Source: an uncultured Lachnospiraceae bacterium
GTDB lineage: Bacteria; Bacillota; Clostridia; Lachnospirales; Lachnospiraceae
Assembly (NCBI GenBank): GCA_902783765.1
Contig: CACZSB010000172.1
Location: 1-38,213, forward strand
DNA length: 38,213 nt
Direction: 5' to 3'
The notes under the pieces are model-generated. The model had not been told where the DNA came from, searched no databases, and saw nothing but the letters and a program-made list of their open reading frames with translations. Numbering within the stretch: position 1 is the first letter of the stretch; the number at the start of each line of letters is the position of its first letter. Shown here piece by piece: positions 8,281-16,446 of the stretch. Both the position numbers and the translations under genes were made by a program.

Positions 8281-8841
8281 TCAGTTAAAAAAACGAATAT
8301 CTTTAAAGGGTGAAAAACGGAGCCAAACGGTACCCAATATATCCTGTATGGATATATTGCCCACATCCGTAAAGCGGCTGTCCAGGGAGGCGTCGGGATT
8401 CTCTCCCACCACAAAATATTCTCCTTCTCCCAGTTCCACGGGCTCTGCCGCCACGCCGGCATAGGAAAGAAAACGGGTATACTCGCTTTCCGGTATGATT
8501 CGTCCGTTAATCAGGATTTCACCGCCGGAAATCTGAAGGGTTTCACCGGGTAAGCCCAGAACACGCTTTAAAAATACCCCTTCCTGCCCCGGCAGCTGAT
8601 AAACTATGATGTCATAGCGCTGTATGGAAATGACTTTTCCCTTGAGACGGTTCAGAAGCATTCTGTCCTCTCCGGCCAGGGTGGGTGTCATGGAATTGCC
8701 TTCCATACGGACTCGGGTTCCGAACAAATGGGTCAAAGACAGGGCCAGAAACATCAGAAGCAGGATCTCCACGGTCCATTGACTGATCCGTTTGATTTGA
8801 TCCTGAACGCTGAGAACCTCGTATTGTTTCCCGGATGCCAT
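8281..8841 (-). CDS. lepB: Signal peptidase I (copy 2)
   Basis: Boxes 'GNSMTPTL', 'FLKRVLGLPGE' and 'GENPDASLDSR' are present. The start is moved to the ATG at 8841 (MASGKQYEV), preceded by GGGAGGA. The ORF-track extension to 8925 would run through the rplS terminator hairpin. Confidence 0.85.
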   Translation of the reverse strand: MASGKQYEVLSVQDQIKRISQWTVEILLLMFLALSLTHLFGTRVRMEGNSMTPTLAGEDRMLLNRLKGKVISIQRYDIIVYQLPGQEGVFLKRVLGLPGETLQISGGEILINGRIIPESEYTRFLSYAGVAAEPVELGEGEYFVVGENPDASLDSRFTDVGNISIQDILGTVWLRFSPFKDIRFFN

Positions 8842-8860
8842 CTGTATTTCCTCCCGCAGG

Positions 8861-8889
8861 ATTATAGCACAGCCGGAAGGGGACCGCAA
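8861..8889 (-). promoter_or_regulatory. Predicted promoter for the lepB-rbgA-lepB-rnhB-yraN unit
   Basis: Minus-strand TTGCGG (8889-8884), a 17-nt spacer, then TATAAT (8866-8861) preceded by TGc (extended -10). It lies directly after the rplS terminator. Confidence 0.45.
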
Positions 8890-8890
8890 T

Positions 8891-8922
8891 GAAAAACAGC
8901 CGTGGCACCCCACAGCTGTTTT
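8891..8922 (-). terminator. Intrinsic terminator downstream of rplS
   Basis: On the minus strand the sequence reads AAAACAGCTGTGG-GGTG-CCACGGCTGTTTTTC. This is a 10-bp stem (8896-8905 pairing with 8910-8919, one G-U pair), a 4-nt loop and a T-run. Confidence 0.7.
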
Positions 8923-8938
8923 CACATCTTATGAAAGA

Positions 8939-9286
8939 TCAGCGAATCGCTTCCTTCACCTTGGCAGCCTTGCCTACCCGGTCACGGAGATAGTTCAGTT
9001 TGGCCCGGCGCACCTTACCCCGACGGATAACTTCGATCTTCTCGATAACGGGGGAATGCAGAGGCCAGGTCTTCTCCACGCCTACGCCGCCGGAAATCTT
9101 ACGAACGGTGAAGTTCTCCCGGCTGCCGCCATTTTGACGCTTTAATACGATGCCTTCGAACATCTGGATACGTTCCCGGCTGCCTTCTTTGATCTTGGCA
9201 TAAACCCGTACCGTGTCGCCTACCCGGAAGTCGCCCACATTTTCCTTCATCTGGGCATCTTCGATTTTCTTGATGATGTCGTTCAT
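8939..9286 (-). CDS. rplS: 50S ribosomal protein L19
   Basis: 115 aa, '[35 protein letters not shown]...'. It follows trmD, the conserved arrangement. Confidence 0.97.
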   Translation of the reverse strand: MNDIIKKIEDAQMKENVGDFRVGDTVRVYAKIKEGSRERIQMFEGIVLKRQNGGSRENFTVRKISGGVGVEKTWPLHSPVIEKIEVIRRGKVRRAKLNYLRDRVGKAAKVKEAIR

Positions 9287-9364
9287 TATATCCTCCTAAA
9301 GTTCAGGTCGTTCATATCATCTCAAAATGACAGCGGACCGCTCCTTTTTAATGACGCAAAGTGT

Positions 9365-9392
9365 ATTCTATCATGCTTTCGGAAAAAAGCAA
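9365..9392 (-). promoter_or_regulatory. Predicted promoter in the trmD-rplS spacer
   Basis: Minus-strand TTGCTT (9392-9387), a 16-nt spacer, then TAGAAT (9370-9365) preceded by TGa. The roughly 70-nt leader down to the AGGAGG RBS contains small hairpins. I could not verify any relation to the Bacillus L19 leader. Confidence 0.45.
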
Positions 9393-9401
9393 GGGGAAAT
9401 T

Positions 9402-10130
9402 TCAAGCTTTTTGCAGCTTTTCCAGAAAACTAAGGTCCGCCTGATTCAATTCGGCTTTTTCCAGTAAATCAGGCCGTATTTCCAGGGTTCTTCTTAAGGA
9501 TTCTTCTCGTCGGTAGCGCTCAATATTTGCGTGATGACCGGAACGCAAAATCTCGGGAACAGGCCGGCCCATAAAAACCTCCGGCCGGGTGTAATGGGGA
9601 TGCTCCAGCAGGCCGTCCATAAAGGATTCTCCCCGGGAGGAGTCCTCATTGCCTAAAACCCCCGGCACCATACGGGAAATGGCATCCATCAGTACCAGCG
9701 CTGGCAGTTCCCCTCCGGTAAGTACGTAATCTCCAATGGAGATCCGGTCCGTGGCTATTTCCTCCAGGACCCGCTCATCCACGCCCTCATAATGGCCGCA
9801 GAGGAAGTAGAGCTCCTCTTCCCGGGCCAGCTCCTGGGCCAGAGCCTGATTAAAAACCCGTCCCTGGGGCGTCAAATAAATGAGCCGGGGCCGGGGATTT
9901 TCCCCCCGGGCAGCCTCATAGGCCCGGTAAATGGGGGGAGCCTGCATCACCATACCGGCGCCGCCTCCGTAGGGGTAATCATCCACATGGCCATAGGCGT
10001 CGGAAGCGTAATCCCGGATATTGATACAGCGAAGGGAAAGAATGCCCTTTTCCGCCGCACGACCGGTAATGGAGCTGTTAAAGCCCTGTTCGATCAGTTC
10101 GGGAAATAAGCTGAGCACCGTAAATCGCAT
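9402..10130 (-). CDS. trmD: tRNA (guanine37-N1)-methyltransferase TrmD
   Basis: SPOUT-knot region '[21 protein letters not shown]'. The start is moved to the ATG at 10130 ([11 protein letters not shown]), preceded by GGAGGA. It overlaps the rimM stop by 1 nt (TAATG). Confidence 0.93.
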   Translation of the reverse strand: MRFTVLSLFPELIEQGFNSSITGRAAEKGILSLRCINIRDYASDAYGHVDDYPYGGGAGMVMQAPPIYRAYEAARGENPRPRLIYLTPQGRVFNQALAQELAREEELYFLCGHYEGVDERVLEEIATDRISIGDYVLTGGELPALVLMDAISRMVPGVLGNEDSSRGESFMDGLLEHPHYTRPEVFMGRPVPEILRSGHHANIERYRREESLRRTLEIRPDLLEKAELNQADLSFLEKLQKA

Positions 10131-10651
10131 TACAAATCCTCCAGGCCGGGCATCATATGCACCCGAATCAGCCCCGCCTCCACATCTACGGAAAGTACAC
10201 AATCTTTAATGTGGGGCAGCAGGTATTCCTTGGCGCCGGGCCGATCCGGAACCTGTACCAGACAAACGTCATTGGCGCCGGTGGGAATCACCTGTTTTAA
10301 ACGGCCCAGATATTTTCCCTGGTCGCTTTCCACCCGGGCACCCAAAATGTCTGCAATATAATAGCTGCCAGCCTCCAGGGGCGCTGCATCCTGACGATCC
10401 ACGTAAAGGGAGGCGCCTTTGTCCTTTTCGATGTCATTGATATGGTCGATCCCCTTAAACTTCAGGATTACCATACCCTTGGTAAAGCGGACCTTTTCCA
10501 CTTCCAGGACCCGTTCATTTCCATTGTTTTCCAGATAAACTTTTTTTAAATACGAAAAACGAGCGGGGGAATCAGTGGTGGGATATACCCTGATTTCCCC
10601 GCGCAGGCCGTGGGTAGAAGTAAATATACCGATTCGGAAACGACTCTCCAT
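10130..10651 (-). CDS. rimM: 16S rRNA processing protein RimM
   Basis: 173 aa with '[20 protein letters not shown]' and a PRC-barrel C-terminus. The ATG overlaps the stop of the KH gene (TGATG). Confidence 0.92.
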   Translation of the reverse strand: MESRFRIGIFTSTHGLRGEIRVYPTTDSPARFSYLKKVYLENNGNERVLEVEKVRFTKGMVILKFKGIDHINDIEKDKGASLYVDRQDAAPLEAGSYYIADILGARVESDQGKYLGRLKQVIPTGANDVCLVQVPDRPGAKEYLLPHIKDCVLSVDVEAGLIRVHMMPGLEDL

Positions 10652-10878
10652 CAGTCGATATCCAGGCTGACCCGCTTGTCCTCCTTAATGGCCTGGGCCT
10701 TTAAAACCGTGCGGATCGCTTTGGCAATACGGCCCTGCTTGCCGATAACCTTGCCCATGTCGGAAGGATCAACGCTCAGGGTAAGTAGGGTCTCCCGCTC
10801 GGTCTCCCTTTCGCTGACCACCACAGACTCAGGGTGATTCACCAGGGCCTTGGCAATGACTTCAACTAATTCTTTCAT
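10651..10878 (-). CDS. KH-domain RNA-binding protein (YlqC family)
   Basis: 75 aa with the KH motif 'GKVIGKQGRIAKAIRTV'. It sits in the conserved slot between rpsP and rimM. Confidence 0.88.
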   Translation of the reverse strand: MKELVEVIAKALVNHPESVVVSERETERETLLTLSVDPSDMGKVIGKQGRIAKAIRTVLKAQAIKEDKRVSLDID

Positions 10879-10893
10879 GGAGATCTCCCGGAA

Positions 10894-11136
10894 TTATTCC
10901 AAGCCGGCGATCTTCAAAAGCTTGGCAACGGTATCCGTGGGCTTAGCGCCGTTCTTGATCCACTGCTTGGCCTTTTCCGTATCGATTTTCACCACGCTGG
11001 GATCCTGGGTGGGATCATAATAACCCAGCTCTTCGATAAAGCGACCGTCACGGGGGGCCCGTTCATCGGCCACAATAACCCGGTAGGTGGGCGCTTTTTT
11101 CTTGCCCAGTCTGGTGAGACGAATCTTTACTGCCAT
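10894..11136 (-). CDS. rpsP: 30S ribosomal protein S16
   Basis: 80 aa, '[42 protein letters not shown]'. Confidence 0.97.
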   Translation of the reverse strand: MAVKIRLTRLGKKKAPTYRVIVADERAPRDGRFIEELGYYDPTQDPSVVKIDTEKAKQWIKNGAKPTDTVAKLLKIAGLE

Positions 11137-11169
11137 AGTTTTTTTCTCCTTTAAGGCTGTTTTTTATGA

Positions 11170-12513
11170 TCAAAAGGGAAGATTAAAAGGCATTTTGCCC
11201 TTCTTGCCCATTTTGCCCGTCATTTGCTTCATCATCTTTTTGCTTTCTTCAAACTGCTTTAAAAGACGATTCACTTCCATCACCGTGGTGCCTGCACCGG
11301 CGGCAATCCGGTGACGGCGGGAGCCGTTAATGATATCCGGCTTTTTCCTTTCCCGGGGGGTCATGGAATAAATAATGGCCTCCACCTTCTTTAAGGCGCC
11401 GTCATCGGGCATCTGTGTCCCTTTAAATCGGCTGCCCAGGCCAGGAATGGCGCTTAATAAATCGGTAAGGGAACCCATTTTTTTAATCTGCTGCATCTGC
11501 TCCAGAAAGTCTTCCAAATCGAATTCGGATTTACGAATCTTTCGCAGGGTCTCCTCGGTTTTGGCGTCGTCCATTTCCAGGGCTTCCGCCTTCTCGATGA
11601 GACTTAATATATCCCCCATGCCAAGAATCCGATTGGCCATGCGCTGGGGATAGAACTGCTCCAAATCCGTGAGCTTTTCCCCCATGCCCGCATAGAAAAT
11701 GGGCTTGCCGGTGACGGCTTTTACGGACAGGGCCGCGCCGCCCCGGGTATCGGAATCCAGCTTGGTAAGAATCACCCCGTCCACCCCGATCTGCTCGTCA
11801 AAGGACTGGGCCACATTCACCGCATCCTGACCGGTCATGGCATCCAATACCAGAACGGACTGGGTCACGGGCACCGTAGCCTTGATTTCTTTTAATTCGT
11901 TCATCATGGCCTGATCCACATGCAGACGGCCGGCGGTATCCAAAAGCAGCAGGTTATAGCCCTTGGCCCGGGCTTCCTCCAGGGCCATTTTGGCAATCTG
12001 AGGGGGTCTGATATCAGAACCGGGAGAGAAAACGGGAATTCCCAGCTTTTCTCCGTTGATTTTCAATTGATCGATGGCGGCGGGACGATAAATATCGCAG
12101 GCCACCAGCAGGGGATTGCGATCCTTTTTCTTTTTCAGAAGGGCCGCCAGCTTGGCCACGGTGGTGGTTTTACCGGCTCCCTGAAGGCCTTCCATCATGT
12201 AAATGGTTATCTCGTTTCGGGGCAGCAGCTTGATTTCCTCTCCTTCACTGCCCATCATGCGGATCATTTCTTCGTTGACAATTTTGATTACCGCCTGGCC
12301 GGGGGTCAGGGACTGCATTACTTCGGCTCCCACTGCCCGCTCTTCCACTGCTTTCACAAAGTCTTTTACCACTTTGTAGTTCACATCGGCTTCCAGAAGG
12401 GCCAGTTTCACTTCCCGCATCGCGGTTTTAACATCCCCTTCGGTGAGCATGCCTTTGCCGGTAATCTTCTTAAAGACGGCCTGTATTTTATCGGATAATG
12501 ATTCAAATGCCAT
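11170..12513 (-). CDS. ffh: Signal recognition particle protein Ffh (SRP54)
   Basis: NG domain motifs 'GLQGAGKTTT', 'DTAGR' and 'TKLD' are present, with a Met-rich M-domain tail 'MMKQMTGKMGKKGKMP'. Confidence 0.97.
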   Translation of the reverse strand: MAFESLSDKIQAVFKKITGKGMLTEGDVKTAMREVKLALLEADVNYKVVKDFVKAVEERAVGAEVMQSLTPGQAVIKIVNEEMIRMMGSEGEEIKLLPRNEITIYMMEGLQGAGKTTTVAKLAALLKKKKDRNPLLVACDIYRPAAIDQLKINGEKLGIPVFSPGSDIRPPQIAKMALEEARAKGYNLLLLDTAGRLHVDQAMMNELKEIKATVPVTQSVLVLDAMTGQDAVNVAQSFDEQIGVDGVILTKLDSDTRGGAALSVKAVTGKPIFYAGMGEKLTDLEQFYPQRMANRILGMGDILSLIEKAEALEMDDAKTEETLRKIRKSEFDLEDFLEQMQQIKKMGSLTDLLSAIPGLGSRFKGTQMPDDGALKKVEAIIYSMTPRERKKPDIINGSRRHRIAAGAGTTVMEVNRLLKQFEESKKMMKQMTGKMGKKGKMPFNLPF

Positions 12514-12518
12514 GGTCT

Positions 12519-12863
12519 TTATAATTCCTCTATCTCTGTGGTGAGGCGAATGATCCTGTCAATTTCCTCGCTGTGTGGCAAACGGGGTCTCAGGGCTCCG
12601 CAGAGGGTGCGGATCTCTTCCGCCTTGCCCCTGATTTCACGGAACTGCTTCACCAGTCCCAGCTTTTCTTCGTAAGTCTCCAGACTTTTTTCTACTCTTT
12701 TCAGGCTGTCATGGATACCCTGACGGCTAACGCCAAACTGCTCCGATGCCTCGGAAAGACTTAAATCTCCGAAACGCACCTCTTCATAAATCTGCCGCTG
12801 CTTTTCTGTTAAAAGCGGGCCGTAAAAATCATATAAAAGAGCGTGTTCAAAAGTCTTATCCAT
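12519..12863 (-). CDS. ylxM: YlxM-family putative DNA-binding protein (UPF0122)
   Basis: The start at 12863 gives 'MDKTFEHALLYDFYGPLLTEKQRQIYE...LSLSEASEQFGVSRQGIHDSLKR' (HTH), which matches the usual YlxM N-terminus. The ORF-track extension to 12971 crosses a terminator hairpin. Confidence 0.85.
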   Translation of the reverse strand: MDKTFEHALLYDFYGPLLTEKQRQIYEEVRFGDLSLSEASEQFGVSRQGIHDSLKRVEKSLETYEEKLGLVKQFREIRGKAEEIRTLCGALRPRLPHSEEIDRIIRLTTEIEEL

Positions 12864-12879
12864 AACGTCACCGGGATGT

Positions 12880-12908
12880 ACCATAGCACAAAGAAACAGC
12901 CCTGTCAA
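12880..12908 (-). promoter_or_regulatory. Predicted promoter for ylxM-ffh
   Basis: Minus-strand TTGACA (12908-12903), a 17-nt spacer, then TATGGT (12885-12880). The -35 box lies inside the 3' arm of the hisS terminator stem. The resulting leader would be very short. Confidence 0.4.
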
Positions 12909-12928
12909 GGTTTTTTTCTTGACAGGGC
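12899..12928 (-). terminator. Hairpin terminator downstream of hisS
   Basis: A perfect 11-bp inverted repeat, GCCCTGTCAAG / CTTGACAGGGC (12899-12909 and 12918-12928), with an 8-nt loop. On the minus strand it is followed by TGTTTCTTTGTG. Confidence 0.6.
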
Positions 12929-12988
12929 AAAAATATGATTTGGAATTAATCGCAGGAGCGGCTATCCGCATCCCATAATGTGTATCAG

Positions 12989-14242
12989 TTAATTTGAATA
13001 AATCTCCTCAATTGCCTGGTAGCCCTCTTCTGTAAGCTGCTCCTTCTGGAACTTTTTATTCTTCTGCATGGTGGTCACCAACACCGTGCGGCCCTGCTGC
13101 CGCTCTTCGGCGGCCTGCTTGCGTATGGCCAGGGCCTTATCTCCAGGCAGATTCTTTTCCATCAAATAAGCCTTTTTGGCGCCGCTGCCCGGCACCTGAT
13201 AACCCGCCTCCGTTAAAATCAGAACCAGGCGCTCAAAGCCGATGGAAATGCCGCAGGCGGGCACGTTCTGGCCTGTGAACTTGCCCACTAATTCATCATA
13301 GCGGCCGCCGCCTCCGGAGGAAACCCCCAGGCCTTCCAATTCCACCTCAAAGATGGGGCCGGTGTAATAGGACATGCCCCGGACCAGGGTAGGATCAAAA
13401 AGGAATTTAAAATCCGTGGTGGCAGCGCCGGAAACGGAAGCCATAATCGTCTCCAGATTCCTGATTTGCTCATCCACCCCGGGAATGTTTGCCAGCAGCT
13501 CCAAAAGGGCTTTCAGAGGCGTTTCAGAGCCTTCCAGAGCCGAGTACATATTGCGGCAGGCCTCAGCGCTTTCCGGAGAAAAGCCCCCCTCCTGCATTTC
13601 CTTCAGAACCCCCTCCAGGCCGATTTTATCCATTTTATCCCAGAGGATAAAAGCCGCATCGTACTTATCCTCCGCTATGCCGCAGTAGGCCGCCATGGCC
13701 TTTAATAGCCGCCGGTCATTGATATGGATGGTAAAGCCCTTAAAGCCCAGCTTCCCCAATAGGGTGGAGGTGGCCAGCAGCAGATCCGTTTCCGCCTGGA
13801 TGCCCGCTTCCCCTATGATATCGATATCGCATTGATAAAACTCCCGGTAGCGGCCCCGCTGGGGTCTGTCCGCCCTAAATACCGGGCCGATCTGCAGGGC
13901 CTTAAAGGGCTTGGCCAGCTCGTTGTTATGGGCTGCATAGTAACGCACCAAAGGAACGGTGAGATCGTAACGCAGACCTCCGTCGGACAGATCCTCTTCG
14001 GTCTGGGCTTCTCCAATCTTCAGCTTCTCTCCCCTTTTCAGGATCTTGAAGATCAGCTTTTCATTATCGCCCCCCTGCTTGCTTAAAAGATTGGATAGGG
14101 ACTCCACCACCGGAGTCTCGATGGGAGTATAGCCGAAGCTGCGGTAGGTTTCTTTAATGAGGCCGATGCAATAATCCCGGATCTCCATTTCCCGGGGCAG
14201 GATATCCCGCATGCCTGTGACCGGATTTTTATTCAAAGCCAT
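12989..14242 (-). CDS. hisS: Histidine--tRNA ligase
   Basis: 417 aa with 'GMRDILP', motif 2 'FRADRPQRGRYREFYQCD' and motif 3 'GGGGRYDEL', plus a C-terminal anticodon-binding domain. The ATG overlaps the upstream gene by 10 nt. Confidence 0.93.
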   Translation of the reverse strand: MALNKNPVTGMRDILPREMEIRDYCIGLIKETYRSFGYTPIETPVVESLSNLLSKQGGDNEKLIFKILKRGEKLKIGEAQTEEDLSDGGLRYDLTVPLVRYYAAHNNELAKPFKALQIGPVFRADRPQRGRYREFYQCDIDIIGEAGIQAETDLLLATSTLLGKLGFKGFTIHINDRRLLKAMAAYCGIAEDKYDAAFILWDKMDKIGLEGVLKEMQEGGFSPESAEACRNMYSALEGSETPLKALLELLANIPGVDEQIRNLETIMASVSGAATTDFKFLFDPTLVRGMSYYTGPIFEVELEGLGVSSGGGGRYDELVGKFTGQNVPACGISIGFERLVLILTEAGYQVPGSGAKKAYLMEKNLPGDKALAIRKQAAEERQQGRTVLVTTMQKNKKFQKEQLTEEGYQAIEEIYSN

Positions 14243-15666
14243 AATCTTCTCTTCCTTTCCAGCATTTCTTCCATGCGCCTGTGATATTCCTCCAGGCCCT
14301 TCACATTGTCCGCCCGCTCGATGCGGCCGTCGGGGTACACCGCCTTGCTGATATTGCCGGCCCCTACGGCAAGAATACTCTGTTTTTCCTCCATAATCAA
14401 GATGTTATAGAGACCTTCCTTGCCAGGTTTGGCGTAGCCCACATTTTCCAGGTTCCCGGCCATGTTTTTTTGGCGGTAGAGGTAGTAGGGGAATAAGCCC
14501 ATGGACTGGGCCCCTTGGGAGGCGGCGGACATCATGGAGGATGCCTGGGAGTCGCCCTCACCCGTCACGGCTTCGCCGTGCCACCCTCCCCCGCGTCCGG
14601 GGGAGGGCAAGGGGGTTTGATTAAGTCTCGCGGCGCGCTTGATGGCCAGGGCGTGGACGGTGAGGCTTTCGGGCGCCAGAGGCTTTATCTTTTCCAGGGT
14701 ATCCTCCACATCTGCCGCGCTTTCTCCGGGCAGGCCCAGAATCAGATCCATATTGATATTGTCAAAGCCCGCTTCCCGGGCCAGGTCCCAGGCCCGGAGG
14801 AAATCCTCCACTGTATGCTTCCGGCCGATGGTATCCAGGGTCCTTTGCTGCAGGGTCTGGGGATTGATGGAAATGCGGCTCACCGGATAGCTTTTCAGAA
14901 CCTTCAATTTCTCCGCCGTAATGCTGTCCGGCCGGCCCGCCTCCACCGTAAACTCCTTTACTTTCTCCGCCGGAACCAGACTGCATATCTTCTCCAAAAG
15001 TCGCTCCAGCTGCTCTGCGCTTAAGGCCGTGGGAGTGCCGCCTCCAATATAAATGGTATCCGGCACAACTCCCTTCATCAGGGACACACTTTGCTCCAAT
15101 TCATAAAAGAGATCCGCCAGATAGGCCTCCACCTTGTTTTCGTTTCCCTCCATGGGATAGGAAGTAAAGGAGCAATAGGCGCAGCGGCTGGGACAAAAGG
15201 GGATCCCTGCATAGAGGCTCCAGCCCTCGGGGCCGGATAAAGAGGAAAGAATCTGCCGCTCCCGCTGAGCGATGGATATGGCCAGGCTGAGCTTCTCTCC
15301 GTCCAGATAATAGACCCGGCGCATGTGCTCCGCCACTTCCACCGGCTTTTTTCCCGCCTCCAGCAGCTCCATGATCAGCTTGGTGGGCCTGATGCCCGTG
15401 AGGCAGCCCCAGGGCAGTTCCCGGCCGGCGAGCAGCTTTAATTCGTCATATACCCGGCGTTTGAAATCGTTTTTAATATCCTCATAGGGCAAGGCATCGT
15501 TGGGAAGGGGTACCGGGTAAATCAGGCTGAAGCCTTCCTTTTTGGCTTCCGCCTCCGAAAGCGGCCTCGGCAGCTTCTTAAAGCCCTCCCCGGGGAAGAA
15601 GGAGCTGATCAGCCCCTGCACATCGTATTCAAAACGTTCCTCACCCTGAAAATAATAAGCAATCAT
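14233..15666 (-). CDS. hemZ: Radical SAM protein, oxygen-independent coproporphyrinogen oxidase-like (HemZ/HemN-like)
   Basis: 477 aa with the 'CPSRCAYCSF' CxxxCxxC cluster, 'IYIGGGTPT' and a HemN-type C-terminal region. It shares an ATGA overlap with the MBL gene stop. Confidence 0.72.
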   Translation of the reverse strand: MIAYYFQGEERFEYDVQGLISSFFPGEGFKKLPRPLSEAEAKKEGFSLIYPVPLPNDALPYEDIKNDFKRRVYDELKLLAGRELPWGCLTGIRPTKLIMELLEAGKKPVEVAEHMRRVYYLDGEKLSLAISIAQRERQILSSLSGPEGWSLYAGIPFCPSRCAYCSFTSYPMEGNENKVEAYLADLFYELEQSVSLMKGVVPDTIYIGGGTPTALSAEQLERLLEKICSLVPAEKVKEFTVEAGRPDSITAEKLKVLKSYPVSRISINPQTLQQRTLDTIGRKHTVEDFLRAWDLAREAGFDNINMDLILGLPGESAADVEDTLEKIKPLAPESLTVHALAIKRAARLNQTPLPSPGRGGGWHGEAVTGEGDSQASSMMSAASQGAQSMGLFPYYLYRQKNMAGNLENVGYAKPGKEGLYNILIMEEKQSILAVGAGNISKAVYPDGRIERADNVKGLEEYHRRMEEMLERKRRLWL

Positions 15667-16331
15667 ACCCGCTCCGCCAGGGGATTGTAAAGCTTTTCAA
15701 AGGCTATAAAAGTCCGGTCCATGTGGCCGGGCCATACCAGGGTTTCCTCCGGCAGTTCCCTTAAAAGCTTTTGTACTGAAGTCAGGATCTGGCTGTCATT
15801 GCCCGTGGGCAGATCCGTGCGGCCGTAGGAACCGTGGAACAGGGTGTCCCCGCTGATTAAAAGCTCGTAGGCCGGGAAATAATAACAGCAGCTGCCGGCT
15901 GTATGACCCGGGGTATGAATTACCTGGAAGGTCATGCCCCCCAGGGTAATTTCCTCGCCGTCCTTTATCAAACGGTCTGCCGCAAGGCTGCAGGGCGTCC
16001 CCACCATGGCGGAGCAGTTCATCCGAGGATCCGCCAGCAGCGCTACCTCCGCTTCATGGGCTAGGATGGGGCAGCAAAACGCCTCCCGCAGTTCCTCCGC
16101 TGCCAGAATATGGTCCTCATGGCCGTGGGTGAGCAAAATGCCCTGCAGGCTGTAACCCTGATTCTTGATATATTGAATCAGGCGTTCTCCCTCATCTCCC
16201 GGATCTACCAGCAGGATTTCCTTGCTTTCCGTGTTGATAAGGAAGATTACATTGGTAGCGATGGGGCCTACTATGGCCCGCTGGAGCTGAAATCCCTCGT
16301 ATTCCTTTTGTTTTAAGCCCAATTTGTTCAT
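15663..16331 (-). CDS. MBL-fold metallo-hydrolase (glyoxalase II-like)
   Basis: 222 aa with the 'LLTHGHEDH' zinc motif and 'HTPGHTAGS'. The ATG at 16331 is preceded by AGGAG at 6-nt spacing. Confidence 0.85.
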   Translation of the reverse strand: MNKLGLKQKEYEGFQLQRAIVGPIATNVIFLINTESKEILLVDPGDEGERLIQYIKNQGYSLQGILLTHGHEDHILAAEELREAFCCPILAHEAEVALLADPRMNCSAMVGTPCSLAADRLIKDGEEITLGGMTFQVIHTPGHTAGSCCYYFPAYELLISGDTLFHGSYGRTDLPTGNDSQILTSVQKLLRELPEETLVWPGHMDRTFIAFEKLYNPLAERV

Positions 16332-16446
16332 AACTCGCTCCTATACGATTCAGCTTGGTGACAATCGTTGGCCGGGCTATACCTTTCGAAGGAATAGCGT
16401 CATTGAGAAAAGTTTTCGCCCGGCCTGCGAAGGCCTGCAAAAGCCT

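Noticed and set aside
9287-9364. The rplS 5' leader as a homologue of the Bacillus L19 ribosomal-protein leader
   Set aside because: Only short, weak hairpins are visible (GUCAU/AUGAU and a near-palindrome AGCGGACCGCU). I cannot match them to the known motif from memory. An Rfam RF00556 scan is needed before making any claim.
12989-14242. The HisRS-like gene as the regulatory paralogue HisZ
   Set aside because: The protein retains class II motifs 2 and 3 (FRADRPQRGRYREF, GGGGRYDEL) and a full C-terminal anticodon-binding domain. No his biosynthesis genes are adjacent.
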